Source: an uncultured Gammaproteobacteria bacterium
GTDB taxonomy: Bacteria > Patescibacteriota > Patescibacteriia > UBA2591 > UBA6264
NCBI GenBank assembly: GCA_964596735.1
Contig: CAZQVF010000003.1
Location: forward strand, 42,611-106,610
Direction: 5' to 3'
DNA: 64,000 bases
The notes under the pieces: generated by a model
The model's database searches: none
What the model was told of the DNA's origin: nothing
The model's input: only the letters and a program-made list of their open reading frames with translations
Shown here: positions 1 through 8,896 of the stretch, one piece after another
Layout of the letters: the number at the start of each line of letters is the position of its first letter
Numbering within the stretch: the stretch's first letter is position 1
Made by a program: the position numbers and the translations under genes

Positions 1-954
1 CACCAAGGTTCTGGGACCGGGTAAATTAGAAACAATAACAGGCTTGGCACAAGCCATCGCCTCTAAAGAAACAAGGCCAAAGGCTTCTGAACGAGTCAGC
101 GAAGGAAAAGCAAAAACATCACCCAGATTATAATAATCTGGCAATTCATTATCCCCTATTTTACCAGCAAAAACCACCCTGTTTTCAATGTTTAAATCCT
201 TAACTAATTTTTCATAACCTGGTCTTAAATCACCATCACCAACAACCAATAATTTTAAACCAGGCATTTTATTCTTCAGCTTATCAACAACCCTAATCAA
301 TAACTTAACTCCTTTAAAATAATGAGCTTTATCCAATCCCCCGACTGATAAAACAACCTGGCTATTTTCCAAACCATGTTTGCTTAACAATGAGGGCCTT
401 TTAGTTTTTGGATAAAACCTAGCCTGATCAACCCCAAAAGAACTAACCACAAACTTATCTTTATTTCTTAACCAATACTTTTTAATATTAGAATGTTTTA
501 AATAATCTAAAGAAGAAATTAAAACCTTATCTGCTTTTTTAAAAAACAAAGGATTAAAGAAAAAAGAGATTAATTTAAAAATCAAACCTCTTAATCCAGG
601 AGCAATCGGGTCCATGTGATATTGAACAATCAACTTGGCTCTTGACCTTTTAAACCAATACCACAAAAGAAAAACTTCTGCTCCGCCAAAAAACGGCCAA
701 TGAACATGAATAACATCAAAATCTTTCAAGCCCTTAGCAATCCCTGGCACAAAAGCAGCATTACCATATTTAAACAAGGGTTTAACGTGTTTTACTTTAA
801 AACCATGTTCTTCTCTATCATTTTTAACCTCTCCAGGAACAAAAACAACCACTTTATGGCCTAATTTTACCAATTCTTGAACCTGAGCCAAACAAACATT
901 GCCCATTCCCCCTTTATAGGGCGGAAAGGTTGAAATCAGATGCGCAATTTTCAT
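1..954 (-). CDS. Glycosyltransferase family 4 (partial, runs off window)
   Basis: Hand translation from ATG at 954: MKIAHLISTFPPYKGGMGNV...DVIHVHWPFFG...; C-terminal EAFGLVSLEAMACAKPVI GT4 motif. Absent from the ORF track because it is open at the left edge. Confidence 0.9.
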   Translation of the reverse strand, partial: MKIAHLISTFPPYKGGMGNVCLAQVQELVKLGHKVVVFVPGEVKNDREEHGFKVKHVKPLFKYGNAAFVPGIAKGLKDFDVIHVHWPFFGGAEVFLLWYWFKRSRAKLIVQYHMDPIAPGLRGLIFKLISFFFNPLFFKKADKVLISSLDYLKHSNIKKYWLRNKDKFVVSSFGVDQARFYPKTKRPSLLSKHGLENSQVVLSVGGLDKAHYFKGVKLLIRVVDKLKNKMPGLKLLVVGDGDLRPGYEKLVKDLNIENRVVFAGKIGDNELPDYYNLGDVFAFPSLTRSEAFGLVSLEAMACAKPVIVSNLPGPRTLV

Positions 955-973
955 GCTCTAATTTTACCACATC

Positions 974-1002
974 TTGACAAAAACACAATTTTTTGCTATA
1001 CT
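974..1002 (+). promoter_or_regulatory. Sigma70 promoter of DGR target gene
   Basis: TTGACA (974-979), 17 bp spacer, TGcTATACT (994-1002); SD AAGGAGGT at 1063-1070. Confidence 0.75.
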
Positions 1003-1075
1003 ATCAATATTAAATTTCCTGTTTAACAGGACGCTTACCCGAGCGACTCGGGCAACCTTACAAAGGAGGTGTGCC

Positions 1076-1840
1076 ATGAAAATGGTGAGCCGCAGTTTAA
1101 CAGTACACAAAGAGCACGAAATTCTTCTCAAGCTGGAAAACGCCGGACTGAATGACAAACTGGCGCAGAAAGTAATTAATTCCAAAGACAATGTGCTGGC
1201 CAAGAAAGTAGTGGCATTAATCCAAAATAACGGATTTATGCCGACAACAACACAAAGACGCGCCAGAGAAATCATGGGTCAAAACTTCTTTGGAATAGAA
1301 GAGGCCATTCGGCATTTTGGAATCAGTCCTTTAAAAAGACAGTTCACGGCTTTAGCAGAAATTCCGTTTACGGAAGGAGTTCTTAAAAAATACAAGGACA
1401 CCCATATCCTAGTAGCCGTATTTCCACTTTCCTTAATCCAGATTCGCAGCAAGGTCGCAGAAAAAGAAAAACTCTTTTACGAGCAAGACTGGTATAGCGA
1501 AGAAAAATTTGCCCATAAAAAAGGCAGATTAAACTGGCGACTAATCAGAAAAACACCTGTTGACAATTCAATCAACAAGAACTGGAGCGAACAACAATCA
1601 TTGCTGAAACAAGATGAATACACACCAACGGTCCAAACAATGACCTATACAATCATTGGACATTACTTGGCTACAGGAGAAAGATTGTTTGAGCGTATTT
1701 ACGTACGCTGTAATGACGTCTCTTCTGACGGCGGCCGTGCCTATGTTGGCAACTTTTTTTCGGATGGTTTGAACGTCCGCAACTTCTGGGGCGGCTTTCG
1801 CAACGATAGCTTGGCAGTCGCCTCGGCTCGGAAGTCCTGA
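1076..1840 (+). CDS. DGR target (variable) protein, probable C-type-lectin-fold C-terminus
   Basis: ATG 1076 follows AAGGAGGT; the last ~39 codons are a VR matching the downstream TR. The fold is inferred from known DGR targets. Confidence 0.9.
   Translation: MKMVSRSLTVHKEHEILLKLENAGLNDKLAQKVINSKDNVLAKKVVALIQNNGFMPTTTQRRAREIMGQNFFGIEEAIRHFGISPLKRQFTALAEIPFTEGVLKKYKDTHILVAVFPLSLIQIRSKVAEKEKLFYEQDWYSEEKFAHKKGRLNWRLIRKTPVDNSINKNWSEQQSLLKQDEYTPTVQTMTYTIIGHYLATGERLFERIYVRCNDVSSDGGRAYVGNFFSDGLNVRNFWGGFRNDSLAVASARKS
1720..1836 (+). repeat. DGR variable repeat (VR)
   Basis: 117 bp, 103/117 identical to 2233-2349; 13 of 14 mismatches are opposite TR adenines. Confidence 0.95.
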
Positions 1841-1878
1841 TATTTGAAATCTTGATTACTTAATGCTCTTGAATCCTT

Positions 1879-1930
1879 GAGTCTCTGCCACATCCACTAA
1901 AAAAGTGGTTTTGCAGCAGAGACTCTTTTC
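1879..1930 (+). terminator. Nested hairpin downstream of VR (terminator and/or DGR target-recognition hairpin)
   Basis: GAGTCTCTGC (1879-1888)/GCAGAGACTC (1916-1925), inner CCACT/AGTGG, followed by a T-rich run. Confidence 0.65.
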
Positions 1931-2232
1931 TTTTATTAAAAATAATGTATAATAATGATGTTTGACCAATAAAGATTAGGTTAAGGTTTAATCTTGTCAA
2001 ACGTCTCTTCTTTGATACTTCACCGGAATATCATATGTCTATGGACTGCGATAGTGTGTGAATAAAGACAGAGATAGAACTTCTTGTCTGTTTTTGGTAG
2101 AGATTTTACTCAAAATGCTCTCAAATAAAATACAAGGAAAAGAAGATATGGTCTGTTCTGCCTGATAATGGGCAGAATTTATTAGAGAAAATCTTCAATT
2201 CCCGGTGGTTTAGATGAAAATGGACAAATATT

Positions 2233-2349
2233 CACTTCTGACGGCAACCGTGCCTATATTGGCAACTTTGATTCGGATGGTTTGAACGTCAACAACAACT
2301 GGGACGACAATCGCAACGATAGCTTGGCAGTCGCCTCGGCTCGGAAGTC
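2233..2349 (+). ncRNA. DGR template repeat (TR)
   Basis: AAC-rich copy of VR; in the VR frame it reads TSDGNRAYIGNFDSDGLNVNNNWDDNRNDSLAVASARKS. Confidence 0.95.
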
Positions 2350-2360
2350 ATTATCTGTCA

Positions 2361-2398
2361 AATTAAAATACTCTGGCTTAAATCAGAGTATTTTAATT
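2361..2398. terminator. Perfect 15-bp hairpin between TR 3' end and avd stop
   Basis: AATTAAAATACTCTG-N8-CAGAGTATTTTAATT. Confidence 0.6.
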
Positions 2399-2750
2399 AA
2401 ATTTCTTTACAAGATTTTAACCAACCACCAAGCATACGACCAATTTCGTCAATCTCCTTTTGTAATACAACATACTTTCTTGGATCAATGGTCTTGACAT
2501 CCTTCATTAAGCGAATAAAAACCCTTAAAAGATTGAGTTTTGTGCTGGCTTTTTCCAGAGTTGAGACCTTTCTAATTTTGCTCTGCTGACTGGCTAAAAG
2601 AGTTAATTCCAAAATTTCCAAAATCACATTTTCTGATTTTTGCCAAATCGTATAACGATCCTGCCTATTAATATGATTTCTAAAACTATAAAAGGTTTTA
2701 TAAAAATCATAAATGTTTTTTAAAATTGGTGCGTCAAATTTGTTCAACAT
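2397..2750 (-). CDS. avd: DGR accessory variability determinant (four-helix bundle)
   Basis: 117 aa, basic; DRYTI...KLNLLRVFIRL...EIGRMLGGWLK motifs typical of the Avd family; lies between TR and RT. Confidence 0.88.
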   Translation of the reverse strand: MLNKFDAPILKNIYDFYKTFYSFRNHINRQDRYTIWQKSENVILEILELTLLASQQSKIRKVSTLEKASTKLNLLRVFIRLMKDVKTIDPRKYVVLQKEIDEIGRMLGGWLKSCKEI

Positions 2751-3800
2751 ATGAAAATTTTTAAAAATATATTTAATAAAATTATATCCTTGGAAAATTT
2801 ATTTTCAGCATGGGAAAAATTTAAAAAAAATAAAAATAAAAAATTAGATGTTTTAAGATTTGAAATTAATTTAGAACAAAATATTTTTCAATTACATTAT
2901 AATTTAAAAAATCAAACTTATCAACACGGAGAATATCAGTCTTTTTACATTAATGACCCCGTACAACGACATATCCATAAAGCCGTGGTTCGCGACCGCG
3001 TTTTACACCATGCAATTTATAAAATCATCATGCCCATATTTGAACCAACATTCATTTCAAATTCATTTTCATGTCGTCCAGGAAAAGGAACACATAAGGG
3101 TGTATCAACAGTTGAATCTATGCTCTGTAAAGAAAGTTGTAATTACACAATTACATGTTTTGCTCTTAAGGGCGATATTAAAAAATTCTTTGCTTCTGTA
3201 AATCACAAAATACTACTCAAAATCATTAATAAAAAAATAAAAGATGAAAAAACAATGTGGCTAATTAAAGAAGTTATTGGTAGTTTTTCAACTAAAAATA
3301 TTGACTTGCTTAATCTTTATGGTCTGCCAATTGGAAATTTAACCTCCCAGTTATTCGCAAATATTTATATGAATGAATTTGATCAGTTTATAAAGCATAA
3401 ACTTATAGTAAAACAATACGTTAGATATACTGATGATTTTATCATAATCTCAAAAAACAAAGATTACTTAACAAACCTAATCAAATTAATCCAAGAATTC
3501 CTTAAAACAAATCTCGCCCTTAAATTGCATCCTAAAAAAATTTCAATTAAAAAAATAAGTCAAGGAGTAGATTTTCTTGGTTATATATTGTTTCCATATC
3601 ATCGCTTATTGCGAACAAAGACTAAAAAAAGAATTTTTAAAAAAATGAAGCAACAAATATTTTACTACCATCAAGGACATATCAGTGAAAAAACCTTAAA
3701 CCAATCTTTGCAATCTTACTTGGGAACACTTTCACATGCCAATACATATCAGTTAAGTAAAAATTTAAAAAATTATTTTTGGTTCTGGATAACCGACTGA
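2751..3800 (+). CDS. DGR reverse transcriptase
   Basis: RDRVLHHAI, GDIKKFFASV, GLPIGNLTSQLFANIYM (DGR-type SQ), YVRYTDDF, GVDFLGY; 349 aa, no maturase or endonuclease domain. Confidence 0.95.
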   Translation: MKIFKNIFNKIISLENLFSAWEKFKKNKNKKLDVLRFEINLEQNIFQLHYNLKNQTYQHGEYQSFYINDPVQRHIHKAVVRDRVLHHAIYKIIMPIFEPTFISNSFSCRPGKGTHKGVSTVESMLCKESCNYTITCFALKGDIKKFFASVNHKILLKIINKKIKDEKTMWLIKEVIGSFSTKNIDLLNLYGLPIGNLTSQLFANIYMNEFDQFIKHKLIVKQYVRYTDDFIIISKNKDYLTNLIKLIQEFLKTNLALKLHPKKISIKKISQGVDFLGYILFPYHRLLRTKTKKRIFKKMKQQIFYYHQGHISEKTLNQSLQSYLGTLSHANTYQLSKNLKNYFWFWITD

Positions 3801-3967
3801 ATAAACGTTGATTTATTAAATAAAACACTGTTTAATTTTTAGTATAACTTATATTGTCTAACTATATTCAAATTTAAGACAAAAAACAAGATAAATCTAT
3901 TCTTGACAAAACCCCATAAAACTGTTAAATTCATAACAGATATTCAATCACAACTAAAGGAGGGTCT

Positions 3968-4255
3968 ATGTCAAAGAAAAAACGTCCTTTAAGACTCTTG
4001 TTCCTTGATGAAGTAAAAATCTGGCGACAAGAAAAAGGCAATAAAATAACCGATAAACTTTTGGCTAAATTAGTAAATTACCGCCATGCTCACTTTGGAG
4101 AAAATGAAACAACGGTTTGGGAAGTTATTCAAGACCAGATATTGTTACGCGTCAAACAAGAAAAAACATCACCCGCAGAATTCATTGTCATGCTTTTTAG
4201 TAAAGAAAATGCATCTGAATTTATGCAAGCCTTTGAAGGAATAAATTCTAAATAA
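3968..4255 (+). CDS. Hypothetical protein (stand-alone transcription unit)
   Basis: TTGACA-17-TAAATT promoter (3903-3931), AAGGAGG SD, GC hairpin 4267-4292. Confidence 0.7.
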   Translation: MSKKKRPLRLLFLDEVKIWRQEKGNKITDKLLAKLVNYRHAHFGENETTVWEVIQDQILLRVKQEKTSPAEFIVMLFSKENASEFMQAFEGINSK

Positions 4256-4266
4256 ATGGTTTGTTA

Positions 4267-4292
4267 AAGCGCCCCTGAATAACGGGGCGCTT
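4267..4292 (+). terminator. Intrinsic terminator-like hairpin
   Basis: AAGCGCCCC-N8-GGGGCGCTT. Confidence 0.6.
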
Positions 4293-4356
4293 CACATTTA
4301 CAAACTTAAACTTATTTGTTAAATTAACAACATATCTTACAAACTATTTAAAAAAT

Positions 4357-4803
4357 ATGTCAGAATGTATTTTTTGCAAAATTATTGCCAATGAAATCCC
4401 TTCGGCCAAAATCTGGGAAAATGAGGACTTCTTAGCCATCTTAGACCTCTGTCCCAACACCAAGGGAATGACCCTGGTTATGCCCAAGGCTCATTATGAT
4501 TCTTATGCTTTTAACATGCCTGATGATGTTTATGAAAAACTTCTTTTAGCTGGAAAAGAAGTAGCCAAGTTATTAGACAGAAAACTAAAGACTAAAAGAA
4601 CAGCCATGGTTATGGAAGGAATGGGTATTAATCACGCTCATCTTAAACTTTATCCTTTACATGGTTTAGAAGAGGAATTCAAAGACATGGAAGTAAAAAA
4701 AGATATCTTTTTTAAAAAATACCCGGGCTACACCACTACTCAACTAGGCCCCCAGGCTGATTCAGAAGAATTAAAAAAACTGGCTGAACAAATCAGGGAA
4801 TAA
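4357..4803 (+). CDS. HIT family nucleotide hydrolase
   Basis: CIFCKII...DLCPNTKGMTLVMPK...HAHLKLYP (variant HIT motif). Confidence 0.85.
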   Translation: MSECIFCKIIANEIPSAKIWENEDFLAILDLCPNTKGMTLVMPKAHYDSYAFNMPDDVYEKLLLAGKEVAKLLDRKLKTKRTAMVMEGMGINHAHLKLYPLHGLEEEFKDMEVKKDIFFKKYPGYTTTQLGPQADSEELKKLAEQIRE

Positions 4804-4872
4804 AACAAAAAATGCTCTTTTTAAAAGCATTCTTGTTATTAAATTATTATTACCAAATAATATAATATATTA

Positions 4873-5922
4873 TTACCAAATAATAATTTTTTTTATTAAT
4901 TGCCAATACGCTCCTAAAACAGGATTAACCACATATTTTAACAAAGGATGAGTAAGCCCAGCAAATTTAAATCTTGGTTCTAAGTATTTAACTAACTCTT
5001 TATCAGTAATCTTTCTTGTCTTTTGAATTCTTCTTCTTTTAATCAAGGTTTTAGGAATCTGCAATAAAACAGTAAAATAGGATTTGATTTTTAACAAAAA
5101 CCAGCCCGAAACTAAACTATAAGCCAAGACCCCCAGTTCCATAAATAACCAGGCAGGAAAAATCAAAATCAACGTAGGAATTTTATAAAACTTTAACAGG
5201 GTTAATAATCTGTTTCTCTCAGACCAATACCAGCAATTTTTAGAAATACCTTCAGTGTATTTATGATAAATCCTCGCCTCCGGCACTAATTTAATATCAT
5301 AATTTAAAAACCGCGCTCTTAAGCAAAGGTCTAAATCTTCATGATATAGAAACAAATCCTTGTCTAAAAACCCAACTTTTTTCAAGGCCGGCACATTTAT
5401 AAAAAGACCAGCCCCTGAACCATAGGTCAGGTTTGTTTCTAGTTTATCAATAACATCTTTCTTAGCTGGCTTTTTATACCCATCACAATAACCAAAACCT
5501 AAATAATGTATTTTGTCTCCAGCGGTTTGAATCTTATCTTTTCCAGGCCAGCAAAGAATCAAGGGCTGAACTGCAAAAACGTTTTTTTGTTTCTCAATCC
5601 CCTTTGTCAAATTCTCCAAGCAGTCTGGCTGACAAACAGTGTCTTGGTTTAAAAGAAAAATATAATCTGCTTTATTTTGCAAAGCTATTTCTATCCCCTG
5701 ATTATTACCCTGGGCAAAGCCCAGATTTTTTTCATTGGCAATTAAATCAACTTGAGGATATTTTTCTTTAATATATTTAACTGAATCGTCTTGCGAACCA
5801 TTATCAACGACAATAATTTCTTGAGGCGATAAAGTCTGCCTGGCTAAACTATTAAAACAATCGGGAAGATATTCCCGACCATTATAGGTAACAATAACAA
5901 TGGCAATTTTAGGTTCTTTCAT
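4873..5922 (-). CDS. Glycosyltransferase family 2
   Basis: IVTYNG, VDNGSQD, NLGFAQGNN, LLNQD, YHEDLDLC. Confidence 0.9.
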   Translation of the reverse strand: MKEPKIAIVIVTYNGREYLPDCFNSLARQTLSPQEIIVVDNGSQDDSVKYIKEKYPQVDLIANEKNLGFAQGNNQGIEIALQNKADYIFLLNQDTVCQPDCLENLTKGIEKQKNVFAVQPLILCWPGKDKIQTAGDKIHYLGFGYCDGYKKPAKKDVIDKLETNLTYGSGAGLFINVPALKKVGFLDKDLFLYHEDLDLCLRARFLNYDIKLVPEARIYHKYTEGISKNCWYWSERNRLLTLLKFYKIPTLILIFPAWLFMELGVLAYSLVSGWFLLKIKSYFTVLLQIPKTLIKRRRIQKTRKITDKELVKYLEPRFKFAGLTHPLLKYVVNPVLGAYWQLIKKIIIW

Positions 5923-5926
5923 AAAA

Positions 5927-7291
5927 CTACAATAATGCTTTCATGGCCAGAGCGGCTTTTTTTAAATCATTGTAATTAGGCACCCGAGCATTTTCCAATA
6001 AATCAATCGCTGTTTGAGAAAACCGACCGCCCATGTAAACACAGACAATGGGTTTTTGAGGATATTTTCTTCTGGCCCTAATCACAACTTTGGCGTCTTC
6101 TTCTGACTCAGTGTTTGACTGCAAAGTCTGAATAACAATCAACCCACCAATATATTTTTCTGAAAGTAAAATATCAATAGCCGCTTCATACCTTTCCGCC
6201 AAAGCATCACCGACAATATCCAAGGGATTTCTCCTTGAATAAGCCGGATGCATTTTTCCTGACTGGTCTAGCTTTTTTAAAGTGGATTCTTTTAAATCAA
6301 CCAAGGGAACATTTAACTCTGAACAATGATCAGCACATAAAACACCACAACCCCCGCCATTAGTAACAATACCAACATCGCCTTTTAACTTGGGTAAATT
6401 TGCCAGAGCCTTGGCATTGTCAAATAATTCTTCAACCGTATCGGCAATTAAAACATTGCTTTGCTTAAAAGCGGCTTTGTAAATATCATAGCTCCCAGCC
6501 AAACTTCCTGTATGAGAACTAATGGCTTTAATCCCCTGCTTGCTTCGGCCGGCTTTTAAAACAATCATTGGCTTTTTTATTGTCTTAGCTACTCTCATAA
6601 ATTTTCGGCCATCATTTAATCCTTCAATGTATAGGGCGATTACCTTGGTGTTTTTGTCTTTATCAAAATATTCTAAAAAGTCAGCCACATCCAGCATTAA
6701 TTTATTGCCATAACTGACAATAGCGCTAAACCCATATCTGTTTTCAATAGACCAGTCAATAATTGAGTCAGCCAAAGCTCCTGACTGGGATATAAAAGCA
6801 ATCTCCCCCTTGGGAGGCATGGCCGGAGCAAAAGTAGCATTCATATTATTAACCGTCCTGATAATGCCTAAACAATTAGGGCCCAAAGTAGGAATATTAG
6901 CCTTTTTTAAAACCTGAGCTATTTGGTTCTGTAATCTTCTCCCCTGAGCATTAAATTCAGCAAAGCCAGCCGAGATGATAATAACGGATTTAACTCCTTT
7001 TTTAACACATTGATTAACCACCTTTAAAACAAGATTGGCCCGAACAACAATAATAGCCAAATCAATACTTTGTTTAATATCTAAAATACTCTGGTAACAT
7101 TTTAAATTAAGGATCTTGTCTGCCTTTGGATTAACTGGAAAAATTTTTCCTGAAAAAGGCTGACAATATTCAGAAGGGTAAACACAACCCGTAACTAAAT
7201 TCTTTAAAATACCATGACCAACAGCCTTCTCATTCCGAGAAGCACCAATGACAGCAATATTTTTTGGATTAAATAGTTTTTCTAAATTCAT
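5927..7291 (-). CDS. acdA: Acetate--CoA ligase (ADP-forming) alpha subunit
   Basis: IAVIGAS, GPNCLG, SQSGA, SHTGSLAG phospho-His motif, NPLDIVGDA. Confidence 0.9.
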   Translation of the reverse strand: MNLEKLFNPKNIAVIGASRNEKAVGHGILKNLVTGCVYPSEYCQPFSGKIFPVNPKADKILNLKCYQSILDIKQSIDLAIIVVRANLVLKVVNQCVKKGVKSVIIISAGFAEFNAQGRRLQNQIAQVLKKANIPTLGPNCLGIIRTVNNMNATFAPAMPPKGEIAFISQSGALADSIIDWSIENRYGFSAIVSYGNKLMLDVADFLEYFDKDKNTKVIALYIEGLNDGRKFMRVAKTIKKPMIVLKAGRSKQGIKAISSHTGSLAGSYDIYKAAFKQSNVLIADTVEELFDNAKALANLPKLKGDVGIVTNGGGCGVLCADHCSELNVPLVDLKESTLKKLDQSGKMHPAYSRRNPLDIVGDALAERYEAAIDILLSEKYIGGLIVIQTLQSNTESEEDAKVVIRARRKYPQKPIVCVYMGGRFSQTAIDLLENARVPNYNDLKKAALAMKALL

Positions 7292-7893
7292 TGCATTATC
7301 CTCACATCAACAACAAGGGCCCCTCTGCTGCTAACCATTACCGGATTTAAATCAATCTCTTCTGCTTTCTCTTTTAATGAAAGCCTTGATAGCTTAACAA
7401 TAATATCAGCCAAAGCATTAATATTAACCGCTTGCTTTCCCCTCAAACCAGTTAACACTTTATAGGATTTAATTTCTTTAATCATTTCCAAGGCATCTTT
7501 TTTACTAACTGGACAAACCCTAAAACTAATATCTTTAATCACTTCAACAAAAATACCCCCAAGGCCAAACATAATTACGGGGCCAAATTGAGGGTCTTTT
7601 TTCATGCCAATAATAACTTCTTGTTTTTGACTGACCATCGGCTGCATCAGCACCTTCTGACTTATCTTTTTTAACTTTTTAAAAGCCTTAATTGCCTCTT
7701 CTTTGTTTTTTAAATCTAAAATAACACCGCCCTTATCAGTTTTATGAACAATCTTTTTAGAAAATACTTTTAAAACAATGGGGTATTTTACCCCATCTAA
7801 ATCCTTTTCTGTTTTAATAATCTTGGATTCAACAAACTTAATCTTATATTTCTTTAATAAAGCTAAACTTTTCTCAAAATTTAATTGCCTCAT
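7288..7893 (-). CDS. acdB: Acetate--CoA ligase (ADP-forming) beta subunit, ATP-grasp
   Basis: YPIVLK, HKTDKGGV, DPQFGPVIMFGLGGIFVE, EIDLNP. Confidence 0.88.
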   Translation of the reverse strand: MRQLNFEKSLALLKKYKIKFVESKIIKTEKDLDGVKYPIVLKVFSKKIVHKTDKGGVILDLKNKEEAIKAFKKLKKISQKVLMQPMVSQKQEVIIGMKKDPQFGPVIMFGLGGIFVEVIKDISFRVCPVSKKDALEMIKEIKSYKVLTGLRGKQAVNINALADIIVKLSRLSLKEKAEEIDLNPVMVSSRGALVVDVRIMQ

Positions 7894-7900
7894 AACCTTT

Positions 7901-8887
7901 TTATTTAGCTCTGGCCCTTATTTGACTCTTGGTTAAAAGTCCTTTTTGCGCCCCGATCTGATCAATAACTGAAGCACTATTATGCACCCCCCATTTTAAA
8001 GCTCTTTGAATATTTTTTGGCTGATAAAACAGACTAGCCACAAAGGCGGCGGAAAAAGAATCACCTGCTCCAGTGGTATTAATTACCTTGGACGGAGCCG
8101 GCCTTTGATAATAGACTTTTTCTCCATCATAAGCATAAGCACCTTTTTTCCCTACCGTAATAGCCACAACTTCCGGTCCCATTGTCCCAATTTCTTCTAA
8201 TAAGTATTTAATGCCCAAATTTCTTGTTTTTTTCCTTGATAAAACCAATTCTCTGGCCTCATCTTCATTAATAATTAAAACCTTGGTTTGTTTTAAATGT
8301 TTGCTTAATTTTCTAAAACCCGCTTTTAATTGAACATTGGAAGGATTCCAGGCAATTTTAACTCCTTTTTTAGCAAAAGAAAAAGCCTTGTCTAAAACAT
8401 TTTGCCAATTAGGCGAACTGACTGAAGAAATATAAAACCATTTAATATTTTTTAAATCAGAGGTCTTGGCTTTAAAAATTAAAGAGTCATTGGTGCCGCG
8501 ATAAGCAAAAATAGAATGGGCTCTTTTTATTTGTTTTAACCCAATAATAAAAGAAAAACCAGTACTTATCTTTTTATCAACCTGGATTAAGTGAGTATTA
8601 ATTTTATTCATTTTTAATGCTTTGATTAATTGATCCCCTTCTCTGTCCTGACCCACCCGGCCCATAATCGCCGCTTTTAATCCTAATTTGGAAAATCCTA
8701 CGGCAGTGTTGCTGGCTCCCCCGCCTGGTTCAAAATAGACTTTTTTTACATAAATCTTAGCTCCTAATTCAAAGCCGATTAATCTTTGGCGCAAAACATC
8801 TTTGGGGTTTTCCACCACTAATCCCTCAGTGGTTAAAAAAATAATATCTCGCATTACTCCGCCAATTGTTAAAATGTCATATTTCAT
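7901..8887 (-). CDS. PfkB family carbohydrate kinase
   Basis: GGGASNTAVGFSKLG; NTTGAGDSF. Confidence 0.9.
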   Translation of the reverse strand: MKYDILTIGGVMRDIIFLTTEGLVVENPKDVLRQRLIGFELGAKIYVKKVYFEPGGGASNTAVGFSKLGLKAAIMGRVGQDREGDQLIKALKMNKINTHLIQVDKKISTGFSFIIGLKQIKRAHSIFAYRGTNDSLIFKAKTSDLKNIKWFYISSVSSPNWQNVLDKAFSFAKKGVKIAWNPSNVQLKAGFRKLSKHLKQTKVLIINEDEARELVLSRKKTRNLGIKYLLEEIGTMGPEVVAITVGKKGAYAYDGEKVYYQRPAPSKVINTTGAGDSFSAAFVASLFYQPKNIQRALKWGVHNSASVIDQIGAQKGLLTKSQIRARAK

Positions 8888-8896
8888 AAAATTAAT

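Larger units (their letters stand above)
1076..3800 (+). mobile_element. Diversity-generating retroelement (target-VR, TR, avd, RT)
   Basis: All four components present; VR/TR differences are adenine-specific. Confidence 0.95.

Noticed and set aside
974-1075. N-terminal 34 codons of the track ORF 974..1840
   Set aside because: The TTG is the -35 box; the SD points to ATG 1076.
2001-2011. 11-bp match ACGTCTCTTCT to the VR 5' edge (1716-1726)
   Set aside because: Too short to distinguish from chance.
2282-2497. 71-aa ORF resembling the target C-terminus
   Set aside because: It is the TR read in frame and running into antisense avd; TTG start, no SD.
2751-3800. RT as group II intron, retron or Abi RT
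   Set aside because: No maturase/endonuclease domain or retron VTG motif; the SQ motif, Avd and TR/VR pair define a DGR.
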